64,000 bases of DNA from NCBI GenBank assembly GCA_965649265.1, contig CBFGKC010000006.1, positions 32,001 through 96,000 of the forward strand. The letters run 5' to 3'. Positions within the stretch are counted from its first letter, which is position 1. Each line of letters begins with the position of its first letter. A program made the translations under genes and the position numbers. This document shows positions 20,096 to 30,175 of the stretch, piece after piece. A model generated the notes under the pieces. That model had not been told where the DNA came from, ran no database searches, and saw only the letters and a list, made by a program, of their open reading frames with translations. The DNA comes from a candidate division WOR-3 bacterium (GTDB taxonomy: Bacteria > Hydrothermota > Tepidihabitantia > B3-TA06).

Positions 20096-21174
20096 TGATC
20101 GACCGGAACATACCCGTCGTCGAAATCGAGAAATGGCTCAGGGAAGAGGACGAAATCAAGCTTGAGGAACTCTGGAAAACCGCTGATGGAATCCGAAAGC
20201 AAGAGGTTAGCGATCAAGTTCATCTGCGCGGGCTTTTGGAGATATCCAATCACTGCATTCGTTCGTGCGCTTATTGCGGACTCAGGAAGGAGAATCAAGA
20301 CCTCGCTCGTTACCGCATGACAGAACAAGAAATAATCGCCGGCGTGCAGGAGATAACGAGACTCGGATACGGCACCATCGTCATGCAGGCAGGAGAGGAT
20401 TGTGGGATCGATGCATTATGGCTTTCGGGAATCGTCCGTCGTATCAAACAAGAGACGCCGCTTGCAGTCGCGCTTTCCCTCGGCGAACGCTCAATCGAAG
20501 AACTCGGCTTGTGGAAACAGGCAGGAGCAGACCGCTATCTTTTGCGTTTTGAAACGTCTGATCCACTGCTTTATCAAAAGATACATCCTGCTCTGTCGGG
20601 CCGACACATAGACAGGTTCTCAATCCTGAAAGTTCTGAGGGAACTAGGTTATGAAACTGGCAGTGGGATAATGATAGGCATACCCGGACAAACATACTCG
20701 TCGGTCGCTGGTGATATCGGCATCTTCAGGCAGCTCGAACTCGACATGATTGGTGTCGGACCTTTCATCTCAAATCCTTCCACACCGCTCGGTTCGTCAG
20801 GCAGCATTCAGCAGTCGTGCAAAAACGACCAGGTTCCATCAACCAATCTTATGACTTATAAGGTGCTTGCCCTTTCAAGAATCGTTTGCCCCCAGGCAAA
20901 CATTCCGGCAACTACCGCTCTCGGAACACTCGATCCCGCAATGGGCCGAAGGCTTGCACTCTCAAGGGGTGCAAATGTGCTGATGCCGAATGTGACACCT
21001 GCCGGGTACCGCGAGAGATACCTCGTCTATCCGGGCAAGCCGGGCAAGCATGAAACATCAATGGTCGACATCCCCGGTTTCCTCTATTCTATCGGCCGCA
21101 GGCCGGGCAAAGGGCCAGGGGGAAGGCTTACCGATGCAGAGGGAAGTGGGCGAGGCTTTTTTCAGGACGAGTGA
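20095..21174 (+). CDS. hydE: [FeFe]-hydrogenase maturase HydE (radical SAM)
   Basis: RGLLEISNHCIRSCAYCGLR, GADRYLLRFET, PATTALG, GANVLMPN. Confidence 0.95.
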   Translation: MIDRNIPVVEIEKWLREEDEIKLEELWKTADGIRKQEVSDQVHLRGLLEISNHCIRSCAYCGLRKENQDLARYRMTEQEIIAGVQEITRLGYGTIVMQAGEDCGIDALWLSGIVRRIKQETPLAVALSLGERSIEELGLWKQAGADRYLLRFETSDPLLYQKIHPALSGRHIDRFSILKVLRELGYETGSGIMIGIPGQTYSSVAGDIGIFRQLELDMIGVGPFISNPSTPLGSSGSIQQSCKNDQVPSTNLMTYKVLALSRIVCPQANIPATTALGTLDPAMGRRLALSRGANVLMPNVTPAGYRERYLVYPGKPGKHETSMVDIPGFLYSIGRRPGKGPGGRLTDAEGSGRGFFQDE

Positions 21175-21314
21175 AATCTTAATCATATCATCATAGTCGA
21201 GAACCAGAAAAAATCCATATGAATCAGAACCATTCTGGGTTAAGTCTTTTGCGGTCCCTCTCTACAATTCTTGACGGATTTTTTGTGAAAGAATTATTCA
21301 AAACTTGACGGCAG

Positions 21315-21342
21315 TTGACATTTAGTTGTCCTTAGTTAAAAT
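21315..21342 (+). promoter_or_regulatory. tRNA promoter (TTGACA-N16-TAAAAT)
   Basis: Ends 10 nt upstream of tRNA-Arg. Confidence 0.7.
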
Positions 21343-21352
21343 ACCGTAATCT

Positions 21353-21426
21353 GCGCCCGTGGCTCAACTGGATAGAGCATCTGACTACGGATCAGAAGGT
21401 TGGGGGTTCAAGTCCCTCCGGGCGTA
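21353..21426 (+). tRNA. tRNA-Arg (anticodon ACG)
   Basis: Cloverleaf with acceptor GCGCCCG/CGGGCGT, anticodon arm TCTGA-CTACGGA-TCAGA and T-loop TTCAAGT; CCA not encoded. Confidence 0.97.
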
Positions 21427-21432
21427 CTTCAC

Positions 21433-21470
21433 TTAAGTAAAAAGCGGCTTTAAAGCCGCTTTTTACTTAA
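21433..21470 (+). terminator. Perfect 38-bp palindrome acting as terminator
   Basis: TTAAGTAAAAAGCGGCTTT|AAAGCCGCTTTTTACTTAA. Confidence 0.75.
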
Positions 21471-21479
21471 AGATTTAGC

Positions 21480-21507
21480 TTGACATTAATCGAGTTATAA
21501 CTATCCT
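21480..21507 (+). promoter_or_regulatory. tadA promoter (TTGACA-N16-TATCCT)
   Basis: Hexamers read directly upstream of the GGAGGTG RBS. Confidence 0.65.
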
Positions 21508-21550
21508 TAGAGTTAATGCTTAAGGGAATCTTTGTTCGAGGAGGTGTTTT

Positions 21551-22045
21551 GTGACAGACTCGGATGAGCGCTGGATGAGGGAGGCTTTAAGAGAGGCAGA
21601 GGCCGCTTACAGAGAGGGGGAGATTCCAGTAGGAGCCGTGGTCGTCCACGAGAATAAGGTGATAGGCAGGGGGCACAATCAGACCGAGCGCCTGCAGGAT
21701 CCTACCGCGCACGCCGAGATGATCGCGATAACGGCGGCAGCCTCGGCTCTCGGATCGTGGAGGCTTCTTGATACGGTGCTTTATGTAACTGCCGAGCCGT
21801 GTCTTATGTGTGCTGGAGCAGCAGTTCTTGCAAGGATTCCTCGGGTTGTTTACGGTGTGCGCGACCCGAAGTTCGGGGCGGTGAACTCCCTCTTTTCGGT
21901 GGGCAGTGACGAAAGGCTCAATCACAGGTTTGAAGTGAAAGAGGGGGTCTTTGCCGAAGAGGCTAAATCGCTCATGCAGTCTTTTTTTCGTGAAAGACGC
22001 AGGGCGGAGCCAAGTCGTACTTCAGAGATAGGGGAGGAGGTTTGA
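21551..22045 (+). CDS. tadA: tRNA adenosine(34) deaminase
   Basis: [52 protein letters not shown]. Confidence 0.96.
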   Translation: MTDSDERWMREALREAEAAYREGEIPVGAVVVHENKVIGRGHNQTERLQDPTAHAEMIAITAAASALGSWRLLDTVLYVTAEPCLMCAGAAVLARIPRVVYGVRDPKFGAVNSLFSVGSDERLNHRFEVKEGVFAEEAKSLMQSFFRERRRAEPSRTSEIGEEV

Positions 22046-22092
22046 TTGGCGAATATTTAAAAAGAGAGGCTCAAGTGGCCTCAAGGTTCAAA

Positions 22093-22177
22093 GGAGAGAT
22101 GGCCGAGTGGACGAAGGCGCACGACTCGAAATCGTGTAGGCCGAAAGGTCTCGGGGGTTCAAATCCCTCTCTCTCCG
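22093..22177 (+). tRNA. tRNA-Ser (anticodon CGA)
   Basis: Acceptor GGAGAGA/TCTCTCC, anticodon arm CACGA-CTCGAAA-TCGTG, long variable arm, T-loop TTCAAAT. Confidence 0.96.
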
Positions 22178-22276
22178 TTTATGAAAATGGATTACTGTCG
22201 AACGACGAAATTTAACCCAGGAGGCAATCGAGGTATTCCTTGCTTGTTTTTTTAAAAATCGACAGATAAGGAAGGA

Positions 22277-25200
22277 GTGAAGAATATGTTTAAACGAATA
22301 GCCCTTGCAGGGCTTCTTGCCTCGATTGTACTTGTTGCAGAGACGATAAAGATACCCGTAGAGCCTTTCAAGTCCAGGCTTGATGACCCCTACTACCGCA
22401 GCATCCTCGAACGCGCGGCAAAAACCCCAACATGGGTTAATACGGCCGCCCACGATTACTTACTTTCCCTGGCCGGCGCTGCTTTCCCGGAAACCTTGCG
22501 CGTTCTTGCCATTAGGGTCGAATTCGCGGAAGACGACGACTCTGCAACCTGGGGTAATGGAAAAATGGATCTTGAGGGCTTCGGCACTCCGTCGAACGGT
22601 CTTTCATACGACCCCCCCCATGACAGGGTGTATTTCGAAAACCAGATGCTCGGCCTCAGAAACTTCTATCTTTTGAACTCGCGGGGCAAGCTCAATATCG
22701 AGTACGATGTGTACCCTAAGGATCCTTTCAAATGCTACCAGGTTCCTCACAAAATGTCATATTATGGAGATACCAGCAATCCCGACAGGGGGCTTGTCCT
22801 TTTTATGCGGGACGCCCTGGAGGCGGCTTCGAAAGACCCTGATATAGACTTCTCAAAGTACCACTATAGCATCAACGAACAGAATTTCGACATGGTTGTC
22901 ATATTTCATGCCGGGAGTACCATTCAGACGTCATCGGCTTACGGTTACACCTCCGATCTTGCTTCTGCGACCGTAAGCTCCGCAGCCCTGGAATATTATA
23001 CCGGCAGTTCTTATTTTGACGCAAACGGTACACCTGTATCATCGGCTTCTATACTTCCGGAATCCCCAAGGGTAGAGGGTGCCATGAACGGTTTACCAGG
23101 CGTTCTTTACCACGAGTTCGCTCATCTCCTTGGTGCTTATGATCTGTATGACATTACGTACTACTCACAAGGTGTTGGTGCGTGGGCTCTTATGGGAGGG
23201 GGTGGATGGCTCAGCTATCCTCCCGGCCAGATTCCCTCAATGCACGATGCCTTTCACCGTTACTATTGGGGTTGGGACAGCGCAGTCGTTGTCACTCGTG
23301 ATACCACTATATCCCTTTACGCCGCAGAGATGGATACCCTTATGATTCCACAGAGGGGGGGGGCGGCTCATCCCACTCTCATAAAGATCCCGATCAGGGA
23401 GGGGGAGTACTTCCTTATTGAAAATCGCCAGGCGGATATCCTCGCGAAGGATACGGTTGAACTTGAACTTAAAGGCGGGGTGCCGATATGGGTCGTAAAC
23501 GGCGAGTACGACGCTTACCAGCCGGGCTCGGGTGTAATCATCTGGCACATTGACGAGGATGTGATATCGAGGTGGGGAACGTATAACAGGGTAAATGCAT
23601 GGTCACAATTCTCGGCCTACGGTGAGCATAATGCCGTGGATATGGAGGAGGCCGACGGCATCCAGGATTACGAGATCGCTTATCTTTCAACCGGAAGTTA
23701 TGCTTCTCAGGGTTCGATATATGACCCGTTCTTCAAGGGCGGCAATAACGAGTTCAACATAACCAGCAATCCGTCATCTTCCGGTTATTTCGGTGAGACC
23801 GGAATTAATGTTGAAGTACTCGACAGTTCAGATACAGTGATGCGTATTAAGATTTCCTTCGGCGAGAATCTTCGGGGTTTTCCTCAAATGGCCCCTTATC
23901 TTTCGGAGGTCGAGTCCATTAACGCCCTGGATCTCGACGGCGACGGTTCCAGGGAACTTGTCGCCTTTGGGGTCGGAAACACCTCACAAGAGTACAGGGT
24001 TGGTTTTGCCTGGAATCAGGATGGTTCTCCATATGCTGCCGAGCCCAATTTTATATCTTTCACTAACGATCGTCTGGTTTCTCCTCCAGCGTTCGGCGAT
24101 CTGGACGCAGACGCTCTTCCCGAAATAGTTCTTCTTGGAGGCGCAGGCAAGATTTCGGTATATGATCCCGATTCGCTTATCAATGGAGCAGTCGCGTTCC
24201 AGAAGTATACTTTTCTCGAGGGTAAGTTTTTTTCTGCCCCGATGCTTACGGATCTTGACGGTGACGATAAACTGGAAATACTTGCGGTGAACGAGACGGG
24301 AAAGATTTACGCGCTCGAGGTGGAATCTGATACGTTCAGCCTTTTCCCCGGGTACCCGATAGATATCGGTGAAGAAGCAAGACCGGGTTTTGCCCTGGTT
24401 GAAACTTCCCCGGTACGCATTGCGGTGCTGGCATCATCCGGAACCCTTTACCTCTTTGATGGGGCCGGAAAAATAGTCAAGGGTTTTCCCTTGGAGCTAG
24501 GACACGCATCTGCTCAATGCGAAGTACCTCCGGTGGTGGCCGATATTGACGGCGACGGAAACCGGGAAATCATAGTTTTTGCTTTTGAATATAACGTCTA
24601 CAGGTTTTTCGTCGTATCACAGGATGGCTCCGTAAAATACAAATCGACAAGAACCTTCACGCCGCCTATCACGGCGCCTGCCATTGCAGACGTCAATTCG
24701 GACAGCATTCCGGAGGTCGTTTTCGGGTCAGCCAACGGTCTGTGGGCTCTTGAAGCGGATGGTTCTTCCGCATCGGGTTTCCCGGTTATATTTCCTGACT
24801 CATACGACAGGCTTGTCTGGATAGAGCATGAAGGGTATATCTATCCCTTTGTCTTTCCATACACCTTCGCATTCCGAACCTCGCCCGTTGTTGCCGATTT
24901 TGACGCGGACGGCGCTATGGAGATTGCGATAGGCTCTCCCGATCACGGTGTGTATCTTGTCAAATCAGGAGCGAGCAGTCCCTATAAAACCCTGTACACA
25001 AGATGGGGAGTGGGAAAGGCTCTTTCCCTGGCCGACCTCGACAAGAAAAATGGACTTGAGATTTTAGTTGCATCCGACAGCGGTTATATTAACGTCTGGA
25101 AGTCAAGCGCGGTTGCAGCGCAGTGGTCTTCATGGATGCACGATCCGGCGAACACCGGCCTTTTCTCAGGGGATGTCAAAGCTTCCGCTCAACCTCCATT

Positions 25201-25480
25201 GCCTCTTTCATCGGTTTATGTTTATCCTAATCCCGCAGGCGATCATGCCTATCTTCGTGCTATTCTGGGTGATGTCGATGAATTAAAAGTGCAGGTTATA
25301 GACATCTCCGGTAAAATTCAAGGGACGCTTGAACCCGAATTCCAGCCTGGGATGACTAACGATATTCCTCTCGACAAAATCCTTCCCGATTTGGTTCCAG
25401 GGCTTTACATCGTCAGAGTCGAGGCAATTGCAGGTAGCGAAAAATCAGTCGAACTCTACAAACTTGGCGTAGTTCGCTAG
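22277..25480 (+). CDS. M6-family (immune inhibitor A-like) metalloprotease with FG-GAP repeats and a T9SS-type C-terminal domain
   Basis: HEFAHLLGAYDLY, GAWALMGGG, EYFLIENRQ, GVIIWHIDE; DLDGDG repeats; VYVYPNP...GLYIVRV tail; start may be ATG 22286. Confidence 0.88.
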   Translation: MKNMFKRIALAGLLASIVLVAETIKIPVEPFKSRLDDPYYRSILERAAKTPTWVNTAAHDYLLSLAGAAFPETLRVLAIRVEFAEDDDSATWGNGKMDLEGFGTPSNGLSYDPPHDRVYFENQMLGLRNFYLLNSRGKLNIEYDVYPKDPFKCYQVPHKMSYYGDTSNPDRGLVLFMRDALEAASKDPDIDFSKYHYSINEQNFDMVVIFHAGSTIQTSSAYGYTSDLASATVSSAALEYYTGSSYFDANGTPVSSASILPESPRVEGAMNGLPGVLYHEFAHLLGAYDLYDITYYSQGVGAWALMGGGGWLSYPPGQIPSMHDAFHRYYWGWDSAVVVTRDTTISLYAAEMDTLMIPQRGGAAHPTLIKIPIREGEYFLIENRQADILAKDTVELELKGGVPIWVVNGEYDAYQPGSGVIIWHIDEDVISRWGTYNRVNAWSQFSAYGEHNAVDMEEADGIQDYEIAYLSTGSYASQGSIYDPFFKGGNNEFNITSNPSSSGYFGETGINVEVLDSSDTVMRIKISFGENLRGFPQMAPYLSEVESINALDLDGDGSRELVAFGVGNTSQEYRVGFAWNQDGSPYAAEPNFISFTNDRLVSPPAFGDLDADALPEIVLLGGAGKISVYDPDSLINGAVAFQKYTFLEGKFFSAPMLTDLDGDDKLEILAVNETGKIYALEVESDTFSLFPGYPIDIGEEARPGFALVETSPVRIAVLASSGTLYLFDGAGKIVKGFPLELGHASAQCEVPPVVADIDGDGNREIIVFAFEYNVYRFFVVSQDGSVKYKSTRTFTPPITAPAIADVNSDSIPEVVFGSANGLWALEADGSSASGFPVIFPDSYDRLVWIEHEGYIYPFVFPYTFAFRTSPVVADFDADGAMEIAIGSPDHGVYLVKSGASSPYKTLYTRWGVGKALSLADLDKKNGLEILVASDSGYINVWKSSAVAAQWSSWMHDPANTGLFSGDVKASAQPPLPLSSVYVYPNPAGDHAYLRAILGDVDELKVQVIDISGKIQGTLEPEFQPGMTNDIPLDKILPDLVPGLYIVRVEAIAGSEKSVELYKLGVVR

Positions 25481-25490
25481 AGGAGCAGAG

Positions 25491-26141
25491 ATGGGATTTT
25501 TTATTTCACTTATTTTGTTGACGCAGGGAATATCTACCACGACAGATTCGCTGCAACTTTCAAGAAAAGAAAGACTCGCTCCGTGGGCTTCACTCGCTCT
25601 TCCCGGGACAGGCGAGCTTATGCGAGGTTATCGAGTCAAGGGAGAGCTTTTTCTCTGGTTGGATGGATTGACTATTGCAGGTGTTACCGGATTCGGCATC
25701 GATGCCCTTGAAAAGAACAATGCGGCTTGCGGCATGGCCGTGATGAATGCGGGGGCCAATCCGGCAAATCGTTCCCATACGTACCTCAGTGCAATGGAGA
25801 GCTACCTTTCCTCTGACGATTACAACATCGATCTCGCGATAGAAGCCCGCTATCTCTACCCGGACGATCTTACAAAGCAAAAAGAGTACATAGACGCTCG
25901 CAGCATCAAGGAAGAGGACGTATGGTTGTGGAACTCTGATTCGATAAGAATCGAATACTTCAAGGAAAGAACCGCGGTCAGGCGTTCACAGCAAACCGCT
26001 CAGATTCTTGCAGGCGTTATGGTCGTTACCCGGATAGTGAGCGTTTTTGATGTCTCCTTCTTCTCACCGCGAAAAGAGGCAAATCTCGGCATCATTCCGA
26101 GTTTGGATACCCCCGGAATTTCGCTTGTTTACCGCTTTTAA
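25491..26141 (+). CDS. Hypothetical membrane/exported protein
   Basis: SLALPGTGEL motif, hydrophobic segments, GAGGAG RBS, operonic spacing. Confidence 0.65.
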   Translation: MGFFISLILLTQGISTTTDSLQLSRKERLAPWASLALPGTGELMRGYRVKGELFLWLDGLTIAGVTGFGIDALEKNNAACGMAVMNAGANPANRSHTYLSAMESYLSSDDYNIDLAIEARYLYPDDLTKQKEYIDARSIKEEDVWLWNSDSIRIEYFKERTAVRRSQQTAQILAGVMVVTRIVSVFDVSFFSPRKEANLGIIPSLDTPGISLVYRF

Positions 26142-26144
26142 CAT

Positions 26145-27710
26145 ATGATCATTGAGACCGACTTTATTGTAGTCGGGTCCGGGATGGCCGGGTTGTGGTT
26201 CGCCCACAGGCTTTCCAAGCATAACAAGGTACTCGTTCTCACAAAAAAAGACGACACCGAGTCCAACACTAATTACGCACAGGGTGGTATAGCTGCAGCA
26301 CTCGGTAAGGATGATTCGCCCGAGGCGCATCTTGCGGATACCATTCGGGCGGGGGACGGCCTTTGTGACGCGGATGCGGTCAGGGTGATGGTTGAAGAGG
26401 GGCCGCGTCTCGTGAAAGAGTTAAACGAACTTCATATAGAGTTCTCAAAGGGAAATAGCGGTCTCGATCTGGGCATTGAAGGTGGTCACTCAAAGCGAAG
26501 AGTGGTACATGCAGCTGATATGACCGGCCAGGTGGTTGAAAATGGTCTATTGGAAGCGGTGCGTGTTTCTTCCAATACGAATGTCGTTGAACACCATTTT
26601 GTCATTGATCTTATTTTGGACAGAGGAGGTCGTTGTTGTGGGGTATTCAGCTTTGACAGGCAGAGCGGTGATTTTGCGGAAATCCGTTCAAAAGCTGTGT
26701 TACTCGCCGCCGGTGGACTTTGCCGGGTATACGAACACACAACCAATCCGCCCATCGCAACCGGTGACGGCGTGGCAATGGCATGGCGAGCGGGGGCGAC
26801 GGTAGCCGACCTCGAATTCATTCAGTTTCATCCCACTTCCTTATTCGGATACAAGGTCGACGGCAGGGCTTTCCTTATCTCCGAAGCCGTCAGGGGAGAG
26901 GGGGGGCTACTTAAAACGCCAGACGGTGAACGTTTCATGCCGCGTTATCATCCCGATGCCGAAATGGCACCGCGAGATGTCGTTGCCCGGGCAATATATA
27001 ATGAGCTGCGGACGCGGCGACTTGACTACGTAATTCTGGATTTGTCCTCAATCCCACCTGAAAGAATTCTTTCCCGGTTTCCTATGATAGCAGACACATG
27101 TGCCCGATTCGGCCTCGATATCACCAGGAAACCAATACCTGTCGTACCCGCGGCTCACTACTCGGTCGGCGGGATTCGGACTGACCTCTGGGGACGTACG
27201 TCCATTCCCGGTTTATATGCCGCCGGTGAATGCGCCAATACCGGCGTTCACGGTGCCAACCGTCTCGCATCGAACTCCTTGCTGGAAGCCCTTGTTTTTG
27301 CCGATCGCGCGGCAGCGGCACTCTCTTCGGATGAAATTCCTCTCTCTGATGCTCTACCGGAAGAAACTCTTGAACGACGCCTGCGCAGTGTAACTGATCC
27401 CTCGCTCGTGAATTACCTGGTTTCCTCGTTGAGACAAACCATGTGGCGTCAGGCAGGCATCGTACGTTCTGTCGCTGAAATGGAAAGAGGACGGGCAAGA
27501 CTTGCCGAACTCGCACGAGAACTAGACGCACTTTATCCCCAAAGGACCTTTAGTCCGGCGATCCAGGAGTTTCGCAACATGCTTCTTGTCGGCGACCTGA
27601 TATTTCGTTCGGCTCTTGAGCGTAAGGAATCCAGGGGATTAAACTATGTTGAAGAGTATCCCGATACCCTAGTAGAGTCTAAACATACGATTTTAGCGCC
27701 CAGTAATTAA
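26145..27710 (+). CDS. nadB: L-aspartate oxidase
   Basis: VVGSGMAGL, SNTNYAQGGIAA, EGGHSKRR, QFHPT, ISEAVRGEG, HGANRLASNSLLEA. Confidence 0.95.
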   Translation: MIIETDFIVVGSGMAGLWFAHRLSKHNKVLVLTKKDDTESNTNYAQGGIAAALGKDDSPEAHLADTIRAGDGLCDADAVRVMVEEGPRLVKELNELHIEFSKGNSGLDLGIEGGHSKRRVVHAADMTGQVVENGLLEAVRVSSNTNVVEHHFVIDLILDRGGRCCGVFSFDRQSGDFAEIRSKAVLLAAGGLCRVYEHTTNPPIATGDGVAMAWRAGATVADLEFIQFHPTSLFGYKVDGRAFLISEAVRGEGGLLKTPDGERFMPRYHPDAEMAPRDVVARAIYNELRTRRLDYVILDLSSIPPERILSRFPMIADTCARFGLDITRKPIPVVPAAHYSVGGIRTDLWGRTSIPGLYAAGECANTGVHGANRLASNSLLEALVFADRAAAALSSDEIPLSDALPEETLERRLRSVTDPSLVNYLVSSLRQTMWRQAGIVRSVAEMERGRARLAELARELDALYPQRTFSPAIQEFRNMLLVGDLIFRSALERKESRGLNYVEEYPDTLVESKHTILAPSN

Positions 27711-27825
27711 TCGGTTCCCTTTCAGTTAGAAGGCTTTTCCATCCCGGTCGCTTTTGTTTGAAGAGATGTTTATGAGTTAAACTTGATCCTCTATTGAATT
27801 TACAAACCAAAGCGCTATGAAAGTG

Positions 27826-27848
27826 GAAGGCCCGCATTGCGGGCCTTC
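27826..27848. terminator. Hairpin between convergent genes
   Basis: GAAGGCCCGC-att-GCGGGCCTTC. Confidence 0.7.
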
Positions 27849-27889
27849 AATATCTTTTTCAAGCTTTTCAGACTAACCTGAAAAGTTTT

Positions 27890-29479
27890 TTACCAGCGAA
27901 TCATGTGGAGGGCGTTGTTCCAGTCAGCTATAATAGCCTGGGTTATGGTTCCTTCGCTTCTAATGATTACATCTCTGAGATCATTGGCACCCACGATATC
28001 GGTGATGTCCTTGGTCCCGATGTGGTTGGGGTACAGTGGATCTGTAAGATTCAGAACCCGCAGTCCATATTCGCCGTCGGCAACATACACGATGTTTCCA
28101 GATGTTTGTATACCGTAGGAGTTGCTGGCCGGATCACCCGCCCAAAGGGCCGCCTGGTAAGGACTTGTCGGATTTCCGACGTCTACAACTACGAATCCCT
28201 GTGAACCTGCTGCTATGTAGGCATACTGGCCTGCCACGTATACTCGGTGAGCTGCATCGTACGTAGAGAAGAGACTTACGGGCTGCATGGGATCTGTAGC
28301 CGTAGGATTCCAACTCAGTATTTCCATGCCAGCATTGCCTTCGGCAACATATATGTAATTGTTTATGACGTGTATGTCTTCGGGGATGTCATAGAGGGTG
28401 TCTATATATAGCGCGCCGGCATTGTTATAGTCGAAGTAAACCAATGTATGAGTGTTCGTGGCAGGATCGGTGCAACCGACAAAAATCGAGCTGCCGACCG
28501 CGTAGACTGCGCGCGCCTCGCCGCCAAGAGTGGCCGCAGGTACGGGAGTTGAGTCGACCGGGTTAAATGGATTACCGATATTGTAGGAGCAGTATCCACC
28601 TTTTCCGAAGGCCACATGCAAGAGGGTGCCTGTAACGTACAAATCGTATGCCCATGCGCTGTTGTCGTTCAAGGGGTGGGGGATAGTCGGGCCGGCATCA
28701 AGACCAGCACTTCCAATCGTGAATATCTTCACGCTCTGTTCGCGAGCGGCGCAGAAGATATAAAGATCTTTGTTTGCAAGTCTTACACCATGGCCGCCGC
28801 CCAGGGGCTGTCTGTTGCCTACATATTCGAAGCTCATTGTTGTCACAGGAGCTTCGTCCGAAAAAGCCTCATTGCCGGAGGAGTCGACAACCTGAATTGC
28901 ATAATAGTATGTTTTTCCGGGATCCAACTTGTCATCAGTGTAGGTGGTATCGAAGCGATTGTAACCTTTCGTATAGTTGAACGTTTCTATCAGGTCGCCC
29001 CACGTTTGCACGTCGGGTGTAGTAGCACGGTAGATCTTGTAACCCATCCAGGATGATGCGGCACTTGTCCACATCACGGTAACTTTTCTTGTGCCGACAC
29101 CTGTGAAGGGAAGCATCTTTACCGCTTCTATACCCTGATAGGCGACCGTCACAATCAGGGAGGAGTCGTAGGCTACCCCGCCCTTACCGTCGCTTACAGT
29201 CACGTAAAAACGATATGGGCCGGTAGCGGTAGGTGCTGTCCAATCGAATGATGCGTTATTATAAGTTTTACCGCCTTCATCTACAGATGTCCACTCATAG
29301 TTGAGCATGTCACCATCTTGATCTGTTGCCGTACATGTAATTGTTGCTTTTTCTCCGGGTTGCACACTGCTTGGTGAAGCTGTAACTCCAGAGATTGTGG
29401 GCGGATAGTTCCCACATCCGGTTAATGATACTAAAACCAACGCAACCAAAACCATCGAAACGAATAAACGTTTCGTCAT
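27890..29479 (-). CDS. Lipoprotein with PKD/Ig-like, FN3-like and LVIVD-repeat domains
   Basis: Lipobox SLTGC; TATDQDGD, GKTYYYAIQVVD, repeated YxYVAxGxxGxxVxDV; start placed at ATG 29479 after AAGGAGG. Confidence 0.8.
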   Translation of the reverse strand: MTKRLFVSMVLVALVLVSLTGCGNYPPTISGVTASPSSVQPGEKATITCTATDQDGDMLNYEWTSVDEGGKTYNNASFDWTAPTATGPYRFYVTVSDGKGGVAYDSSLIVTVAYQGIEAVKMLPFTGVGTRKVTVMWTSAASSWMGYKIYRATTPDVQTWGDLIETFNYTKGYNRFDTTYTDDKLDPGKTYYYAIQVVDSSGNEAFSDEAPVTTMSFEYVGNRQPLGGGHGVRLANKDLYIFCAAREQSVKIFTIGSAGLDAGPTIPHPLNDNSAWAYDLYVTGTLLHVAFGKGGYCSYNIGNPFNPVDSTPVPAATLGGEARAVYAVGSSIFVGCTDPATNTHTLVYFDYNNAGALYIDTLYDIPEDIHVINNYIYVAEGNAGMEILSWNPTATDPMQPVSLFSTYDAAHRVYVAGQYAYIAAGSQGFVVVDVGNPTSPYQAALWAGDPASNSYGIQTSGNIVYVADGEYGLRVLNLTDPLYPNHIGTKDITDIVGANDLRDVIIRSEGTITQAIIADWNNALHMIRW

Positions 29480-29510
29480 GCGACCTCCTTGTGCATTATT
29501 CATGATTAAA

Positions 29511-29538
29511 ATTGTAAAGATTTTTCGCGAATTGTCAA
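29511..29538 (-). promoter_or_regulatory. sigma70-like promoter (TTGACA-N16-TACAAT)
   Basis: Divergent from the grpE promoter. Confidence 0.65.
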
Positions 29539-29568
29539 CCCCCATAGAGAGATTAACTTAGCAATTAG

Positions 29569-29577
29569 TTATCCACA
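29569..29577 (+). promoter_or_regulatory. Consensus DnaA box TTATCCACA
   Basis: Perfect 9-mer, 7 bp upstream of the grpE -35 box. Confidence 0.45.
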
Positions 29578-29584
29578 AGGTCAC

Positions 29585-29612
29585 TTGACGCAGCCCGCTT
29601 TCTTTTTATAAT
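29585..29612 (+). promoter_or_regulatory. grpE-dnaK operon promoter (TTGACG-N16-TATAAT)
   Basis: ATG 10 nt after the -10 box, no SD. Confidence 0.7.
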
Positions 29613-29622
29613 GTGACATCAG

Positions 29623-30168
29623 ATGTTGAATAAAGGTCCCGTAACAAAGCTGAAAGAAGAACTCCGCACAAAAGAAAAAGAACTTGCGGAGATGCGTTCG
29701 CTTGCGGTTCGAACGGCGGCGGAGTTCGACAATGCGCGCAAGCGCTGGATAAGAGAAACTGACGAGATAAGAAATTATGCCTCATCGAAGCTAATTCAAG
29801 ATTTCATAGAGATTTGGGATAACTTCGAACGAGCGCTCTCCCCCGGTAACCACGCTAAGAACGAGGTAACGTATGAATCGTATCGCCGGGGAGTCGAGTT
29901 GATTTTTGATCAGTTCAAAAATACACTTACGCGTCATGGTCTCGAGTCCTACAGCGTACTGGGTGAGGACTTCGATCCTTCCAAAGCCGAAGCTATAGGG
30001 TACGTGGAAACACCAGATGCCCGACCAGGGGAGGTTGTTGAGGAATTAAAAAAAGGATTTACGCTGGCCAAGCGTGTCCTGCGTCCGGCGCAGGTTATGG
30101 TGGCCAGAGAAGTTAAAAAGTCTCAGGAACCGGAGAGTGATACTTTCTCCGGTTCTCAAGGAGGATAA
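29623..30168 (+). CDS. grpE: Nucleotide exchange factor GrpE
   Basis: [44 protein letters not shown]. Confidence 0.93.
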   Translation: MLNKGPVTKLKEELRTKEKELAEMRSLAVRTAAEFDNARKRWIRETDEIRNYASSKLIQDFIEIWDNFERALSPGNHAKNEVTYESYRRGVELIFDQFKNTLTRHGLESYSVLGEDFDPSKAEAIGYVETPDARPGEVVEELKKGFTLAKRVLRPAQVMVAREVKKSQEPESDTFSGSQGG

Positions 30169-30175
30169 AAGAATT

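Noticed and set aside
29555-29625. CIRCE operator before grpE
   Set aside because: Only TTAGCA is present; there is no TTAGCACTC-N9-GAGTGCTAA and no hrcA
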